Source: Pseudomonadota bacterium (GTDB lineage: Bacteria; Pseudomonadota; Gammaproteobacteria; Pseudomonadales; Pseudohongiellaceae). From it: a stretch of 64,000 nt of DNA. Within the stretch, counting starts at the first letter, position 1. Every line of letters starts with the position of its first letter. Below are positions 19,738 through 29,364 of the stretch, in pieces. The stretch lies in contig JAQCKF010000010.1 of assembly GCA_027592275.1 (NCBI GenBank), positions 12,972 through 76,971 on the forward strand, in the 5' to 3' direction. Below the pieces are notes generated by a model. It was given only the letters and a program-made list of their open reading frames with translations. It was not told the origin of the DNA and made no database searches. A program made the position numbers and the translations under genes.

Positions 19738-21876
19738 ATGTTGGCGGACGACGTAAAGAAGGATATTCAGTCCACCTATCGCCAGTTGCTTAAATCTAGA
19801 GATCTCACTCCGCGTTATGGCCAGCGTTTGATGATCGCTGAGATCGCAAAGACCTTGTCCACCCTCACCGACGACGATTCCGAGCCCCCGATCTGCGTGG
19901 TTGAAGCGGGCACTGGCACGGGTAAAACAATGGCCTACGTACTTGCGGTGTTGCCGCTTGCTAAGGCGCTCAATTACAAAGTTGTGATTGCCACTGCCAC
20001 GGTTGCGCTTCAAGAACAGGTCGTGCTCAAGGACCTTCCGGAAATATTGGCAGGCTCTGATCTTAGTTTTAGTTATTCCTTAGCGAAAGGAAGGGGGCGA
20101 TATTTGTGCCTCGCTAAACTCGATATGTTGCTTAGAGGTAATGACAGCATGCAAGCGATGATGGACTTGTATGGGGAAGAACTGGATGACCCAGGCGACG
20201 GAGACCATGCGCTCTACGAGAAGATGTTAGATCAGTTGAGCAGCGGTAATTGGAAAGGGGATAGGGACGATTGGGAAACCGCGCTTAAAGATACTGACTG
20301 GAAGCCAGTAACCGTAGACAATGCACAATGCATGGGGCCGAAGTGCAGTCACTTTAGCAACTGTTGTTTCTACCAAGCTCGGGACTCCATGGACAAGGCA
20401 GACTGTATAGTTAGTAATCACGATCTAGTCTTGTCTGATTTGGCTTTGGGCGGAGGGGTCATTCTCCCTGAGCCTGAGAAGTGCATCTACATTTTCGATG
20501 AGGCGCATCATCTGCCACTAAAGAGCAATAACCACTTCTCTGCCTACACTCGAATCAAGGCAACTACTACTTGGTTAGAGCGCACAGATACTGTGTCGCT
20601 GCGATTGCAAAAAGATGACTTCATCGATGGGACCACCCGGAAATCTCTGCAGAAATTGCTCCTGAATACTAGGGAGCAGCTCGACCATGCATGGTTAATA
20701 CTGGAGCAAATCCTTGAATCCATAGATCAGGCGGATAGTTATGACAACCGAATCCAACATGCATTCGCACTCGGAGTCGTGCCCCAGGAGGTAAAAAACC
20801 TAGCCGCCAACCTTGCGAGTTTTTTCGCGCGGCTAGCCGCTGCATTTCAAAGCATAGGTGATGACTTGAAAGAGGCGATGGAGGATGGAGGAGATGTAAA
20901 GCGTAGACAACTGGCCGAACAGTGGTTTCCACTGATAGGCAGTCAGCAGAAACGAGCAGAATCGAATCTGGGGCTTTGGTTAAGTTATGCATCCGTAGAC
21001 CCTGAAGGTAAGGCCCCAATAGCGAGATGGCTCAGCTATAATACGAATGAAAATTTCGCGGATATTGGTTTGTCTTCTAGCCCGGTTTTGGCCGCAGATA
21101 ATCTACAACAACGACTCTGGGATAATTGTGCTGGCGCGGTACTGACTTCCGCTACGCTCTCATCCTTGGGGAATTTCGATATGTTGAAGATGCGAGCAGG
21201 TTTGCCAGAGCATACGCACTACTTAAGCATTCTAAGCCCATTCGATTTTGCGAATTCTGCGAGCCTAGTTATTCCAAAGATGCACTGCGAGCCGTCGGAC
21301 TCAGAGAAACACACTGATTACATCGTAAAGGCAATTCCTAGAATGGTGGATAAGTCCGGCGCTTCGCTTATGCTTTTTTCTAGTCGACGACAGATGCAGG
21401 ATGTTATGCAACTGCTGCCACCATTGTGGCGCGATCTGGTCTTATGCCAAGATGATTTTCAGAAGTCGCAGTTGATAAAATACCATCGGCAGCGAGTCGA
21501 CAAGGGAGAGGGCAGTCTGATCTTTGGCTTGTCTAGCTTCGCAGAGGGAGTTGATCTGCCTGGGAAATATTGCACCCATGTACTGATAGCTAAAATTCCT
21601 TTTGCTGTGCCGAATGATCCGATTGAAATGACTTTATCGGAATGGATAGTACAGCAGGGGCTGAATTCTTTTATGACTTTGGCTGTGCCCGACGCGGCTT
21701 TTCGGCTCGTTCAAGCCAGTGGGCGATTGCTGCGCAGTGAATCTGACACAGGCAAGATAACGCTCTTCGACGAACGCATAGTTAGCAAGCGATATGGAAA
21801 GACGATCCTAGAATCTATGCCGCCCTATAGACGAGAGATATTCATGGAAGAGACAGATCAAGCTACTGGCGAGTAG
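19738..21876 (+). CDS. dinG: ATP-dependent DNA helicase DinG
   Basis: Walker A AGTGTGKT, DEAHH box, and a Cys cluster (CMGPKCSHFSNCCFY) consistent with the Fe-S domain of XPD/DinG helicases. Confidence 0.93.
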   Translation: MLADDVKKDIQSTYRQLLKSRDLTPRYGQRLMIAEIAKTLSTLTDDDSEPPICVVEAGTGTGKTMAYVLAVLPLAKALNYKVVIATATVALQEQVVLKDLPEILAGSDLSFSYSLAKGRGRYLCLAKLDMLLRGNDSMQAMMDLYGEELDDPGDGDHALYEKMLDQLSSGNWKGDRDDWETALKDTDWKPVTVDNAQCMGPKCSHFSNCCFYQARDSMDKADCIVSNHDLVLSDLALGGGVILPEPEKCIYIFDEAHHLPLKSNNHFSAYTRIKATTTWLERTDTVSLRLQKDDFIDGTTRKSLQKLLLNTREQLDHAWLILEQILESIDQADSYDNRIQHAFALGVVPQEVKNLAANLASFFARLAAAFQSIGDDLKEAMEDGGDVKRRQLAEQWFPLIGSQQKRAESNLGLWLSYASVDPEGKAPIARWLSYNTNENFADIGLSSSPVLAADNLQQRLWDNCAGAVLTSATLSSLGNFDMLKMRAGLPEHTHYLSILSPFDFANSASLVIPKMHCEPSDSEKHTDYIVKAIPRMVDKSGASLMLFSSRRQMQDVMQLLPPLWRDLVLCQDDFQKSQLIKYHRQRVDKGEGSLIFGLSSFAEGVDLPGKYCTHVLIAKIPFAVPNDPIEMTLSEWIVQQGLNSFMTLAVPDAAFRLVQASGRLLRSESDTGKITLFDERIVSKRYGKTILESMPPYRREIFMEETDQATGE

Positions 21877-21903
21877 CGAAACAGAGCTTCCAGTATTGAG
21901 TTA

Positions 21904-22098
21904 TTAGCTTTTTCTACCCGACTTGCGGTTATTGATTAAGTAAGCCGCAACACCACCTATCGCTACCCCGATAGCGCTGGATGCCAGTACACTACCCAGA
22001 AGTGGACCAAGTCCTAGGCCGACTAAGATTAGCCCGGTAGTTATGCAGAGGGCATAAGTGCCTCGTTCGGAGTTCTTTTTGGCTTTCTTCTTCGACAT
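21904..22098 (-). CDS. small Gly-rich membrane protein
   Basis: 64 aa, GGAG 5 nt upstream of the ATG. Basic termini flank two glycine-zipper-like hydrophobic segments. Confidence 0.55.
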   Translation of the reverse strand: MSKKKAKKNSERGTYALCITTGLILVGLGLGPLLGSVLASSAIGVAIGGVAAYLINNRKSGRKS

Positions 22099-22128
22099 TG
22101 CAGCTCCAAAATTCGTAGGTTGATTTCA

Positions 22129-22989
22129 TTAGTTTGCCTTACGTACTGAGTATATCAAGGTGCTAAGGCTTGAAAATTGACCCGGATCGATAGCGGTATT
22201 GCCGATGCTATCCATTACTTCCTGGCCCTCAACGACTTTCCCTATGACTGTGTATTTGCCCCAAAGCCATTCGGCGGCTGTAAGGCTGATAAAAAACTCG
22301 GGACCATTGCTATCTGGGCCAGAATTCGCCAGAGCTACGGTGCCACGTTCAATAGGCCGACTCTCTAGAGAATCATCGTAGCGGTAGCCTTGATTCTCGT
22401 AGACCGACTTTACACTCAATTCCTGAAGTGTTTCGAGAATCTGATACTGCCTGCTCAATGCCGACTCGACATCTGTGATATTTCGCTGTGAATAAAGTGG
22501 CGTCAGTATCTCCTCATGGAAATCTTGCTTCGATTCAATGTTGAGCGCATCGGCGAAGCTCCCGTCCGGGTTCAGTGCCGGTATTTGATCCAGGCCCAGA
22601 GCATTCGCGTTAATCTCGTCATCGAGGAGGTTAATCTGAAGTCCCAAAGGGTTAAACGCTGGGCTGCCTGCTTGAATGATAAAGTCCGGCACCACGCGAT
22701 GAAAGCGCATGCCGTTGTAGTACCTAGCCTGGATTGGTTCGCCAGTGTCCTGATTTGTAAATTCTTTCTCTCCCTCGGCCAGCGTAATAAAATTTTCTAC
22801 ATTGCCAGGTGCTTCAAAGGGGTAGAGTTCAAGATACATTTCACCCCTCGATGTGCTTATTAGTACCAGAGGGTTCTGAGAATCCTCCATGGCCAGTAAT
22901 GCCGTAGAAGTATCGGCGAGTGCTGTGTTTAGCGAGGTAAGCAGGCTAAAAATTAGCAGGAGAAGGCTGGGAATAGTGGATTGAGGCAT
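22129..22989 (-). CDS. secreted cyclophilin-type peptidyl-prolyl isomerase with large insertion
   Basis: Signal peptide, then cyclophilin motifs YYNGMRFHRVVPDFIIQAG and GTVALANSGPDSNGPEFFISL separated by an insertion of about 90 aa. Confidence 0.85.
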   Translation of the reverse strand: MPQSTIPSLLLLIFSLLTSLNTALADTSTALLAMEDSQNPLVLISTSRGEMYLELYPFEAPGNVENFITLAEGEKEFTNQDTGEPIQARYYNGMRFHRVVPDFIIQAGSPAFNPLGLQINLLDDEINANALGLDQIPALNPDGSFADALNIESKQDFHEEILTPLYSQRNITDVESALSRQYQILETLQELSVKSVYENQGYRYDDSLESRPIERGTVALANSGPDSNGPEFFISLTAAEWLWGKYTVIGKVVEGQEVMDSIGNTAIDPGQFSSLSTLIYSVRKAN

Positions 22990-22995
22990 GGAAGT

Positions 22996-23256
22996 CTACT
23001 GCAACAGGTGATGGTCGGCAGGAAGGTTCTTGGAAATCCAAATCGCTAGCTTGTGACGCATATGGAGCACGCTCTCATCAGGCATTGCTAGGGGTTGTAT
23101 GACGCCATCTTTAACGAGTAGCAGGTAAAGCGCGCGCACCTTATTATCCACATGATCTGTAGTCTCAAATGTACCAGCGCCACGAGCCTCGAAATAGCGC
23201 GTGCCTACTCGGATCGCTTCTTTTAGGAGTTCGCTCTCGTTCTTGATTTTCTTCAT
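22996..23256 (-). CDS. hypothetical protein
   Basis: ATG 23256 (MKKIKNESELL...) has AAGG upstream. The 124-aa track version starts at TTG 23370 and its N-terminal extension (MRGKSCYLCRAVLHEEP...) has no SD-like support. Family not recognised. Confidence 0.5.
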   Translation of the reverse strand: MKKIKNESELLKEAIRVGTRYFEARGAGTFETTDHVDNKVRALYLLLVKDGVIQPLAMPDESVLHMRHKLAIWISKNLPADHHLLQ

Positions 23257-23390
23257 GGCTGCCTTTACCTGGGTACTACCTATCGATTTCCTATCGACGC
23301 AAAGATTGTAGGGCGAAAGCGGCTCCTCATGCAATACGGCTCTACATAAGTAGCAGGATTTGCCGCGCAATCAGTTCAGCGTAAGATTCG

Positions 23391-23969
23391 CTAGGAATTT
23401 TGATAAAGGGCCAGTTCTTCTAGGGTGTCGATATCTTGCAGTATACCTGGGTCAGATACTTGCAGCTCTCGAACAGCCTGTGGATACATGCTCGTAAGCC
23501 TCTTGCCTCCGCTATCGCCGGTTAGCGCCTCTAGATCGGTATAAAGGTTTTTGCCAAAGGCGACGGGATTTCCCACTTTGGAGTCAAAAGTTGGAGTAAC
23601 TATGGAGTCTACGGTGACTAGTCCGGCAATGAGGCTATAGGTTGAGGTCTCAATAAAAGGCATATCGCCTAGACAAACTACGCAGCCATCCCAATCTCCA
23701 ATTTGCTGTGCGGCAAAAGCCAGCGTCGCTCCCATTCCTTGATCGGCATGTTCAAAACCGAGGATTGATGTTCCCTGCGCTAGTTCTTGAAGCGCTGCAA
23801 CCATCTCAGGTCGTGTAACGACGAGTCGTTCCGGGAATGCCTCGGCAATTCTCTCCACGGTCTGTTGGAAAACCGTTTTTCCGTTCGATAGCCCGGCGAG
23901 TAGTTTACTACTGCCAAAGCGGCTGCTGAAACCTGCCGCTAATACGATGGCACCTACGGGCTTGGTCAT
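23391..23969 (-). CDS. mocA: MobA-like NTP transferase (molybdenum cofactor cytidylyltransferase-like)
   Basis: N-terminal GAIVLAAGFSSRFGSSKLLA nucleotide-binding motif, 192 aa. Confidence 0.8.
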   Translation of the reverse strand: MTKPVGAIVLAAGFSSRFGSSKLLAGLSNGKTVFQQTVERIAEAFPERLVVTRPEMVAALQELAQGTSILGFEHADQGMGATLAFAAQQIGDWDGCVVCLGDMPFIETSTYSLIAGLVTVDSIVTPTFDSKVGNPVAFGKNLYTDLEALTGDSGGKRLTSMYPQAVRELQVSDPGILQDIDTLEELALYQNS

Positions 23970-24011
23970 GTCTAATGCGTGGCCGCTTTAATCTGTCGCA
24001 AGACAGGCAGT

Positions 24012-24356
24012 TTAGTGGAGGGTCTTTGTGGATTTGCGAGTGAGCTCTATTTCTTGTTGGCTAATTTCTACCACAAAACTCTCTCTTTCCCGGTCTCGAG
24101 CCAGTTCTTGTTCGCTCTTCTCGCCGTTAGATTCTCTGGTGGCTGTCTTCACAGGAGATTCGACCTGTAGAGTAGCAAGCGCTTCTAATTCTTCTCGCGC
24201 CTCAATCTGGGACTCCGGTTGGGCTTTGATCTGATCGCTTAAATGACGACGCAGCCTATTCACTACGCTAGTCATAACTTCAATGGTTTGACTAAGCTGA
24301 TCTAGAGTAACCAGAGTGTGTTCCGGATCGTCGTTAGCGTACTTTTTTTCGCTCAT
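24012..24356 (-). CDS. hypothetical acidic coiled-coil protein downstream of nrdB
   Basis: GGAG 5 nt upstream of the ATG. 114 aa, highly charged, no Cys. Lies 57 nt after the nrdB stop on the same strand. Confidence 0.55.
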   Translation of the reverse strand: MSEKKYANDDPEHTLVTLDQLSQTIEVMTSVVNRLRRHLSDQIKAQPESQIEAREELEALATLQVESPVKTATRESNGEKSEQELARDRERESFVVEISQQEIELTRKSTKTLH

Positions 24357-24413
24357 GTGTGCTCCATTTGGTACAGACTGTGGGGAGTCGATACTAAATC
24401 TTAATGCCAGACC

Positions 24414-25712
24414 CTAATCCCAGGTCAAAGCACCGCCAGTTTGATATTCGATGACTCGAGTTTCGAAGAAGTTCTTTTCCTTACGCAGATCCATTATTTC
24501 AGACATCCAAGGGAACGGATTCTCAACTCCAGCGAACTGCTCAGGTAGACCAATCTGAATGAGTCTTCTATTCGCGATGAATTGTAAATATTCTTCCATC
24601 ATCGCAGCGTTCATACCGAGTACGCCACGCGGCATTGTGTCTCGTGCGTATTCGATTTCTAGAGTTGTAGCTTGCAAAATCATCTGCGTAGCTTGCTCTT
24701 TCATCTCGTCAGTCCAGAGCTGTGGGTTTTCCAACTTGATCTGATTGATCATGTCGATGCCGAAATTTAGGTGCATAGATTCATCGCGAAGAATGTATTG
24801 AAACTGCTCCGAGGTGCCCGTCATCTTGTTGCGTCTACCCATGGATAGTATCTGGGTGAAACCGCAGTAGAAGAATATGCCCTCCAGGCAGCAGTAGAAC
24901 GCGATCAGGTTTTTCAGTAGGGCCTGATCATTTTTAACTGTACCTGTGTTGAATTTTGGATCGCTTAATTCTTGCGTGTATTTAAGGCCCCAAGCCGCCT
25001 TCTTCGCTACCGAAGGTACCTCGTGGTACATATTAAAAATCTCGCCCTCGTCCATGGAAAGGGATTCGATGCAATATTGATAGGCGTGAGTGTGAATGGC
25101 TTCCTCGAAAGCCTGGCGCAAGATGTACTGCCGGCATTCAGGATTAGTGATCAGACGATAGACAGCAAGCACCAAGTTGTTGGCAACTAATGAATCAGCT
25201 GTAGAGAAAAAGCCGAGGTTGCGCTTAACTATCAGGCGTTCGTCGTCGGTTAGCCCGTTCGGGGTTTTCCACAATCCAATGTCCGCCGTCATATTAACTT
25301 CCTGAGGCATCCAGTGGTTTGCACAACCGTCCAGGTATTTCTGCCAAGCCCAATCATATTTGAAAGGAACAAGCTGATTTAAATCGGCGCGACAATTAAT
25401 CATGCGCTTGTCGTCAACCGCGACTCGGTTGGCAGAGCCCTCAAGCTCTTCCAGGCCAACTTCGACATTGAGTTCTTCTAAATCGTCGATAGCCTTCTGC
25501 AAGGCATCGGCATTTTTCTTTTCTTCAGAAGCATCAAGGCTCGTTTGGAAATTTGCTACTTGTTCTCGTGGGCTAACGGGAGCCGCAGACGTTTCGGTAA
25601 CGGGTGCGATTGGCTCCTGGCTAACAGTTTCAGTTTTAGCAGGTTCTAGTGCGGCGGCTTTAACTAGTGGTGCAGTCGCGTCCTCCTGCTCGAATTCATC
25701 CCATGACAGCAT
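24414..25712 (-). CDS. nrdB: ribonucleoside-diphosphate reductase beta subunit (class Ia) with N-terminal extension
   Basis: Di-iron ligand region [14 protein letters not shown] and [10 protein letters not shown]. About 100-aa low-complexity N-terminal extension. Confidence 0.96.
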   Translation of the reverse strand: MLSWDEFEQEDATAPLVKAAALEPAKTETVSQEPIAPVTETSAAPVSPREQVANFQTSLDASEEKKNADALQKAIDDLEELNVEVGLEELEGSANRVAVDDKRMINCRADLNQLVPFKYDWAWQKYLDGCANHWMPQEVNMTADIGLWKTPNGLTDDERLIVKRNLGFFSTADSLVANNLVLAVYRLITNPECRQYILRQAFEEAIHTHAYQYCIESLSMDEGEIFNMYHEVPSVAKKAAWGLKYTQELSDPKFNTGTVKNDQALLKNLIAFYCCLEGIFFYCGFTQILSMGRRNKMTGTSEQFQYILRDESMHLNFGIDMINQIKLENPQLWTDEMKEQATQMILQATTLEIEYARDTMPRGVLGMNAAMMEEYLQFIANRRLIQIGLPEQFAGVENPFPWMSEIMDLRKEKNFFETRVIEYQTGGALTWD

Positions 25713-25819
25713 AGTTTTCCTTAATCTCTTTTCTTACTTTTATTAATTTATGCTAGAGAAATCGCTAGCATAGTGCGTTGCGCAGGCTATGCCTGTGCTC
25801 GCTGTTGTTATTAACACAG

Positions 25820-28672
25820 TTACTGACACGCTTCGCATTCTGGATCATCGAGCGAACATGCTAAAGGCACCGCCGCGGCTGCACCGCTAGATACCTTATT
25901 AAGGCTGTTATCAGACACCGTAGACTTCTCAGTCGTTGTCGCCGCAAGTGCGCGTAAATAATAAGTAGTCTTTAAGCCTCTTAACCAAGCCATACGGTAA
26001 GTGATGTCAAGTTTCTTTCCACTTGCACCAGCTACGTAGAGGTTGAGTGACTGCGCCTGATCGATCCACTTCTGACGACGGCTTGCAGCATCGACAAGCC
26101 AGCGAGGTTCTACCTCGAAGGCAGTAGCGTAGATGTGCTTGATCTCATCAGGAACTCTATCGATCTTCTGCACGCTGCCTTCATAGTATTTCAGGTCGTT
26201 TACCATCACGCTGTCCCAAAGATTTGCTTCCTTCAGGTCGCGAACGAGAAACGGGTTTACTACAGTAAATTCACCAGACAGGTTCGATTTTACATATAAA
26301 TTTTGATATGTAGGCTCGATAGATTGCGAGACGCCGATGATGTTTGCGATCGTGGCGGTCGGCGCGATAGCCAACACATTCGAATTACGCATGCCTGTTT
26401 GTTGTATGCGTGCTCGCAGGCTATCCCAATCGAGGCGTTGTTCCATGTTGACGTCTAGATAGTCTTCGCCGCGTTCTTCCTGAAGAAGCTTGAGAGAATC
26501 GATCGGAAGTATGCCTTGATCCCAGAGCGAGCCATCATAAGTTTCATAGCGGCCGCGTTCTTCCGCAAGATCGCTAGAGGCTTGAATAGCGTGATAACTA
26601 ATCATCTCCATCGACACATCTGCAAATTCTACAGCCTGATCGGAGGAGTAGGGAATACGCTGCGTGTATAAGGCATCCTGAAAACCCATGATGCCCATGC
26701 CGATTGGTCTGTGCTTAAGGTTCGAATTCTTCGCCTGAGGCACGGAGTAATAATTGATATCGATGACGTTATCCAGCATGCGTACCGCTGTCTTAATCGT
26801 TGACTTCAATTTTTCCTGATCCAAACCAGTTTCGGAGACGTGATTCATTAGGTTCACTGACCCGAGATTACAGACGGCTATCTCATCCTTGTTGGTATTC
26901 AGTGTAATTTCTGTGCAAAGGTTCGAGGAATGAATCGCACCGATATGCTGCTGTGGAGAGCGCACGTTACAAGCATCTTTAAAGGTGATCCAAGGGTGTC
27001 CAGTCTCGAACAGCATCGAAATCATCTTGCGCCATAAGTCGCCAGCCTTAATGGTTTTGTAGACTTCAATCTCGCCAGCCGCCGCCTTGCGCTCATATTC
27101 AACGTAGGCTTCTTCAAATTCTCGGCCGTGAAGGTCGTGCAATTCGGGAACATTATTCGGTGAGAAGAGTGTCCAATCCTGATCGCTGAACACCCGCTTC
27201 ATGAATAAGTCAGGTATCCAGTTTGCTGTGTTCATGTCATGAGCACGACGTCTCTCATCACCTGTGTTCTTACGCAGTTCGAGGAATTCTTCGATATCCA
27301 GGTGCCAAGTCTCTAGGTATGCACATACGGCACCCTTACGCTTGCCTCCCTGATTTACCGCTACCGCTGTGTCGTTAACGACCTTTAGAAAAGGAACGAT
27401 GCCCTGTGACCTGCCGTTGGTCCCCTTGATATGGGCGCCTAGTGCGCGTACCGGAGTCCAATCATTGCCAAGTCCGCCAGCCCATTTGGAAAGCATGGCA
27501 TTGTCTCTGATCGCTGAATAAATACCGTGCAGATCATCGGGCACAGTAGTTAGGAAGCAAGAAGAGAGTTGCGGGCGCAGCGTGCCAGAATTAAATAACT
27601 GTGGAGTCGAGACCATGTAATCAAAGCTAGAGAGCAAGTTGTAAAATTCGATCGCTCGCTCTTCTCGGTTCTCTTCATTGCTCGCTAGGCCCATCGCGAC
27701 GCGCATATAAAATACTTGGGGTAGTTCGAAGCGAGTGTCATTGCTGTGAATGAAGTAGCGATCGTAAAGTGTCTGTAGGCCGAGGTAGGTAAATTGCATA
27801 TCTCGATCTGCCTGTAGGGCCTCACCTAGGATGCCTAGGTCATACTCTAATAGGTGAGGTGAGATCAGGCCAAGCTCTACGCCTTTCTCTATATAAGGCT
27901 TTAAGGTTGCAGGGTAGCGATAGTGCATTTCTGACTGAGTGGCTGATTCTGCGATTCCAAGGAAGCCAAGGGCTTCGGCACGGATAGTGTCCATCAGAAG
28001 TCTGGCGGTTACGAAAGAGTAGTTCGGGTCTTTTTCTACCATGGTGCGAGCAGTCATCACCATTGAGGTGCGAACGTCTACCATTTTTACGCCTGGGTAC
28101 AGATTCTTAAGTGTTTCTTGGTAGATGTCCTCTGCAGAGACATCTTCTAATCCTTCGCAGGCTTCGTTGATGACGGTCTGAAGGCGCTTTGTATCTAGAG
28201 GGCCTTTTTCGCCGTTGTCTAGAGTGATAATTATTGCAGCCTGACTAGGCTTTGCTTCTTCGGTTTTCTGCTCGCGAATGCGCGCATGATCGGCGCGATA
28301 GATAACATAACTTCTTGCGATCTTGTGCTCGCCAGTGCGCATTAGGGCGAGTTCAACTTGATCCTGAATGTCTTCAATATGGATCGTGCCACCAGAAGGC
28401 ATACGACGACGAAATATTTCCGTAATCTGGCCGCCTAACTGCTTGACCGATTCATGGATGCGCGACGAGGCTGCAGCATTCCCACCCTCAACGGCCAAAT
28501 AGGCCTTGGTAATCGCTACGGAGATCTTGGATTCAGAATAGCTAACCACAGAGCCGTTACGCTTAATAACACGTAGCTGTCCGGGGGCTGTCGCTGAAAG
28601 AGTTGCTGGTTCGTTGTTTGCTGAGGTAGCGGGGGACGCAGGATCAACTGCTGTCTGTACATCTGTCTGCAT
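25820..28672 (-). CDS. nrdA: ribonucleoside-diphosphate reductase alpha subunit (class Ia)
   Basis: ATP-cone (RVIKRNGSVVSY...), active-site SSNLCTEI, and the C-terminal redox Cys pair ...DDPECEACQ. Confidence 0.97.
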   Translation of the reverse strand: MQTDVQTAVDPASPATSANNEPATLSATAPGQLRVIKRNGSVVSYSESKISVAITKAYLAVEGGNAAASSRIHESVKQLGGQITEIFRRRMPSGGTIHIEDIQDQVELALMRTGEHKIARSYVIYRADHARIREQKTEEAKPSQAAIIITLDNGEKGPLDTKRLQTVINEACEGLEDVSAEDIYQETLKNLYPGVKMVDVRTSMVMTARTMVEKDPNYSFVTARLLMDTIRAEALGFLGIAESATQSEMHYRYPATLKPYIEKGVELGLISPHLLEYDLGILGEALQADRDMQFTYLGLQTLYDRYFIHSNDTRFELPQVFYMRVAMGLASNEENREERAIEFYNLLSSFDYMVSTPQLFNSGTLRPQLSSCFLTTVPDDLHGIYSAIRDNAMLSKWAGGLGNDWTPVRALGAHIKGTNGRSQGIVPFLKVVNDTAVAVNQGGKRKGAVCAYLETWHLDIEEFLELRKNTGDERRRAHDMNTANWIPDLFMKRVFSDQDWTLFSPNNVPELHDLHGREFEEAYVEYERKAAAGEIEVYKTIKAGDLWRKMISMLFETGHPWITFKDACNVRSPQQHIGAIHSSNLCTEITLNTNKDEIAVCNLGSVNLMNHVSETGLDQEKLKSTIKTAVRMLDNVIDINYYSVPQAKNSNLKHRPIGMGIMGFQDALYTQRIPYSSDQAVEFADVSMEMISYHAIQASSDLAEERGRYETYDGSLWDQGILPIDSLKLLQEERGEDYLDVNMEQRLDWDSLRARIQQTGMRNSNVLAIAPTATIANIIGVSQSIEPTYQNLYVKSNLSGEFTVVNPFLVRDLKEANLWDSVMVNDLKYYEGSVQKIDRVPDEIKHIYATAFEVEPRWLVDAASRRQKWIDQAQSLNLYVAGASGKKLDITYRMAWLRGLKTTYYLRALAATTTEKSTVSDNSLNKVSSGAAAAVPLACSLDDPECEACQ

Positions 28673-28756
28673 TATGGGCTCCGAATTTGGTGTCTACTGC
28701 TAAGTATTCTTAGGTAACTGTATTATTTTTATTGGCTCAAACTAGCTAAGCGCTTT

Positions 28757-28808
28757 GGGTCAAACCTAGTAGGGGTTAAACCTATTAGGGGTCAAAACTT
28801 ACTGACCC
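28757..28808. repeat. three tandem 16-bp units GGGTCAAACCTAGTAG / GGGTTAAACCTATTAG / GGGTCAAAACTTACTG
   Basis: Read directly, 85-136 nt upstream of the nrdA start. The middle unit contains the odd palindrome GGTTAAACC. Confidence 0.9.
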
Positions 28809-28912
28809 ATACCTCGCCATCTCAAATATTGCGGCGAAATAGAATCCGTCAGGCCAGATTTGGCAGCGAGATCGGTACAAACAGATCTCTTGGCCGAAAA
28901 TCGTTAAGCCAT

Positions 28913-28928
28913 ACACTATATATTGTGT
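28913..28928. promoter_or_regulatory. NrdR box
   Basis: ACACTATATATTGTGT matches the published 16-bp NrdR palindrome consensus (acaCwAtATaTwGtgt). Lies about 240 nt upstream of nrdA. Confidence 0.6.
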
Positions 28929-29199
28929 TTTTGCGGCTGGACTTTAGTTATATTTTTAGTTTTTTTGGGAACTCAAAATATAAGTCCGGAAATAGGACAA
29001 AAAAGTCCTTTATGATCAAGTGCTTCTATTATTATTGGGAGGTAAAATATAACTAGCCACCCAGCAGTGCAATAATTTTTATTAGTATCTCTAAGAGATG
29101 CAAGCTCTTGATTTTCGCTCAACTAATACAATATATAGACAAGTTACAAATCGAAGACACAAGATAATGCGCTTGGCATGTTATTGCAAGTATTTTCTC

Positions 29200-29243
29200 T
29201 GTGAGTAATATGTGAGTAATATGTGGGTAAATTGTGAGTAGGC
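29200..29243. repeat. four tandem 11-bp units (TGTGAGTAATA x2, TGTGGGTAAAT, TGTGAGTAGGC)
   Basis: Read directly. Ends 170 nt from the argF stop codon. Confidence 0.9.
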
Positions 29244-29364
29244 TGTTGTTGTTATTGGAAAAAACAGGGATGAGCTAGAAAGCAATCGCAGGTTGAGCTG
29301 GCGACTCAGAAAAGTGCAGGAAATGGATTAAAACTCGTGCTAAATCAGGCGATTGTCTCGATAT

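Noticed and set aside
28829-29056. 75-aa plus-strand ORF in the nrdA upstream region
   Set aside because: It lies in AT-rich non-coding DNA, starts at an alternative codon, has no SD, is low-complexity, and overlaps the NrdR box and likely nrdA promoter.
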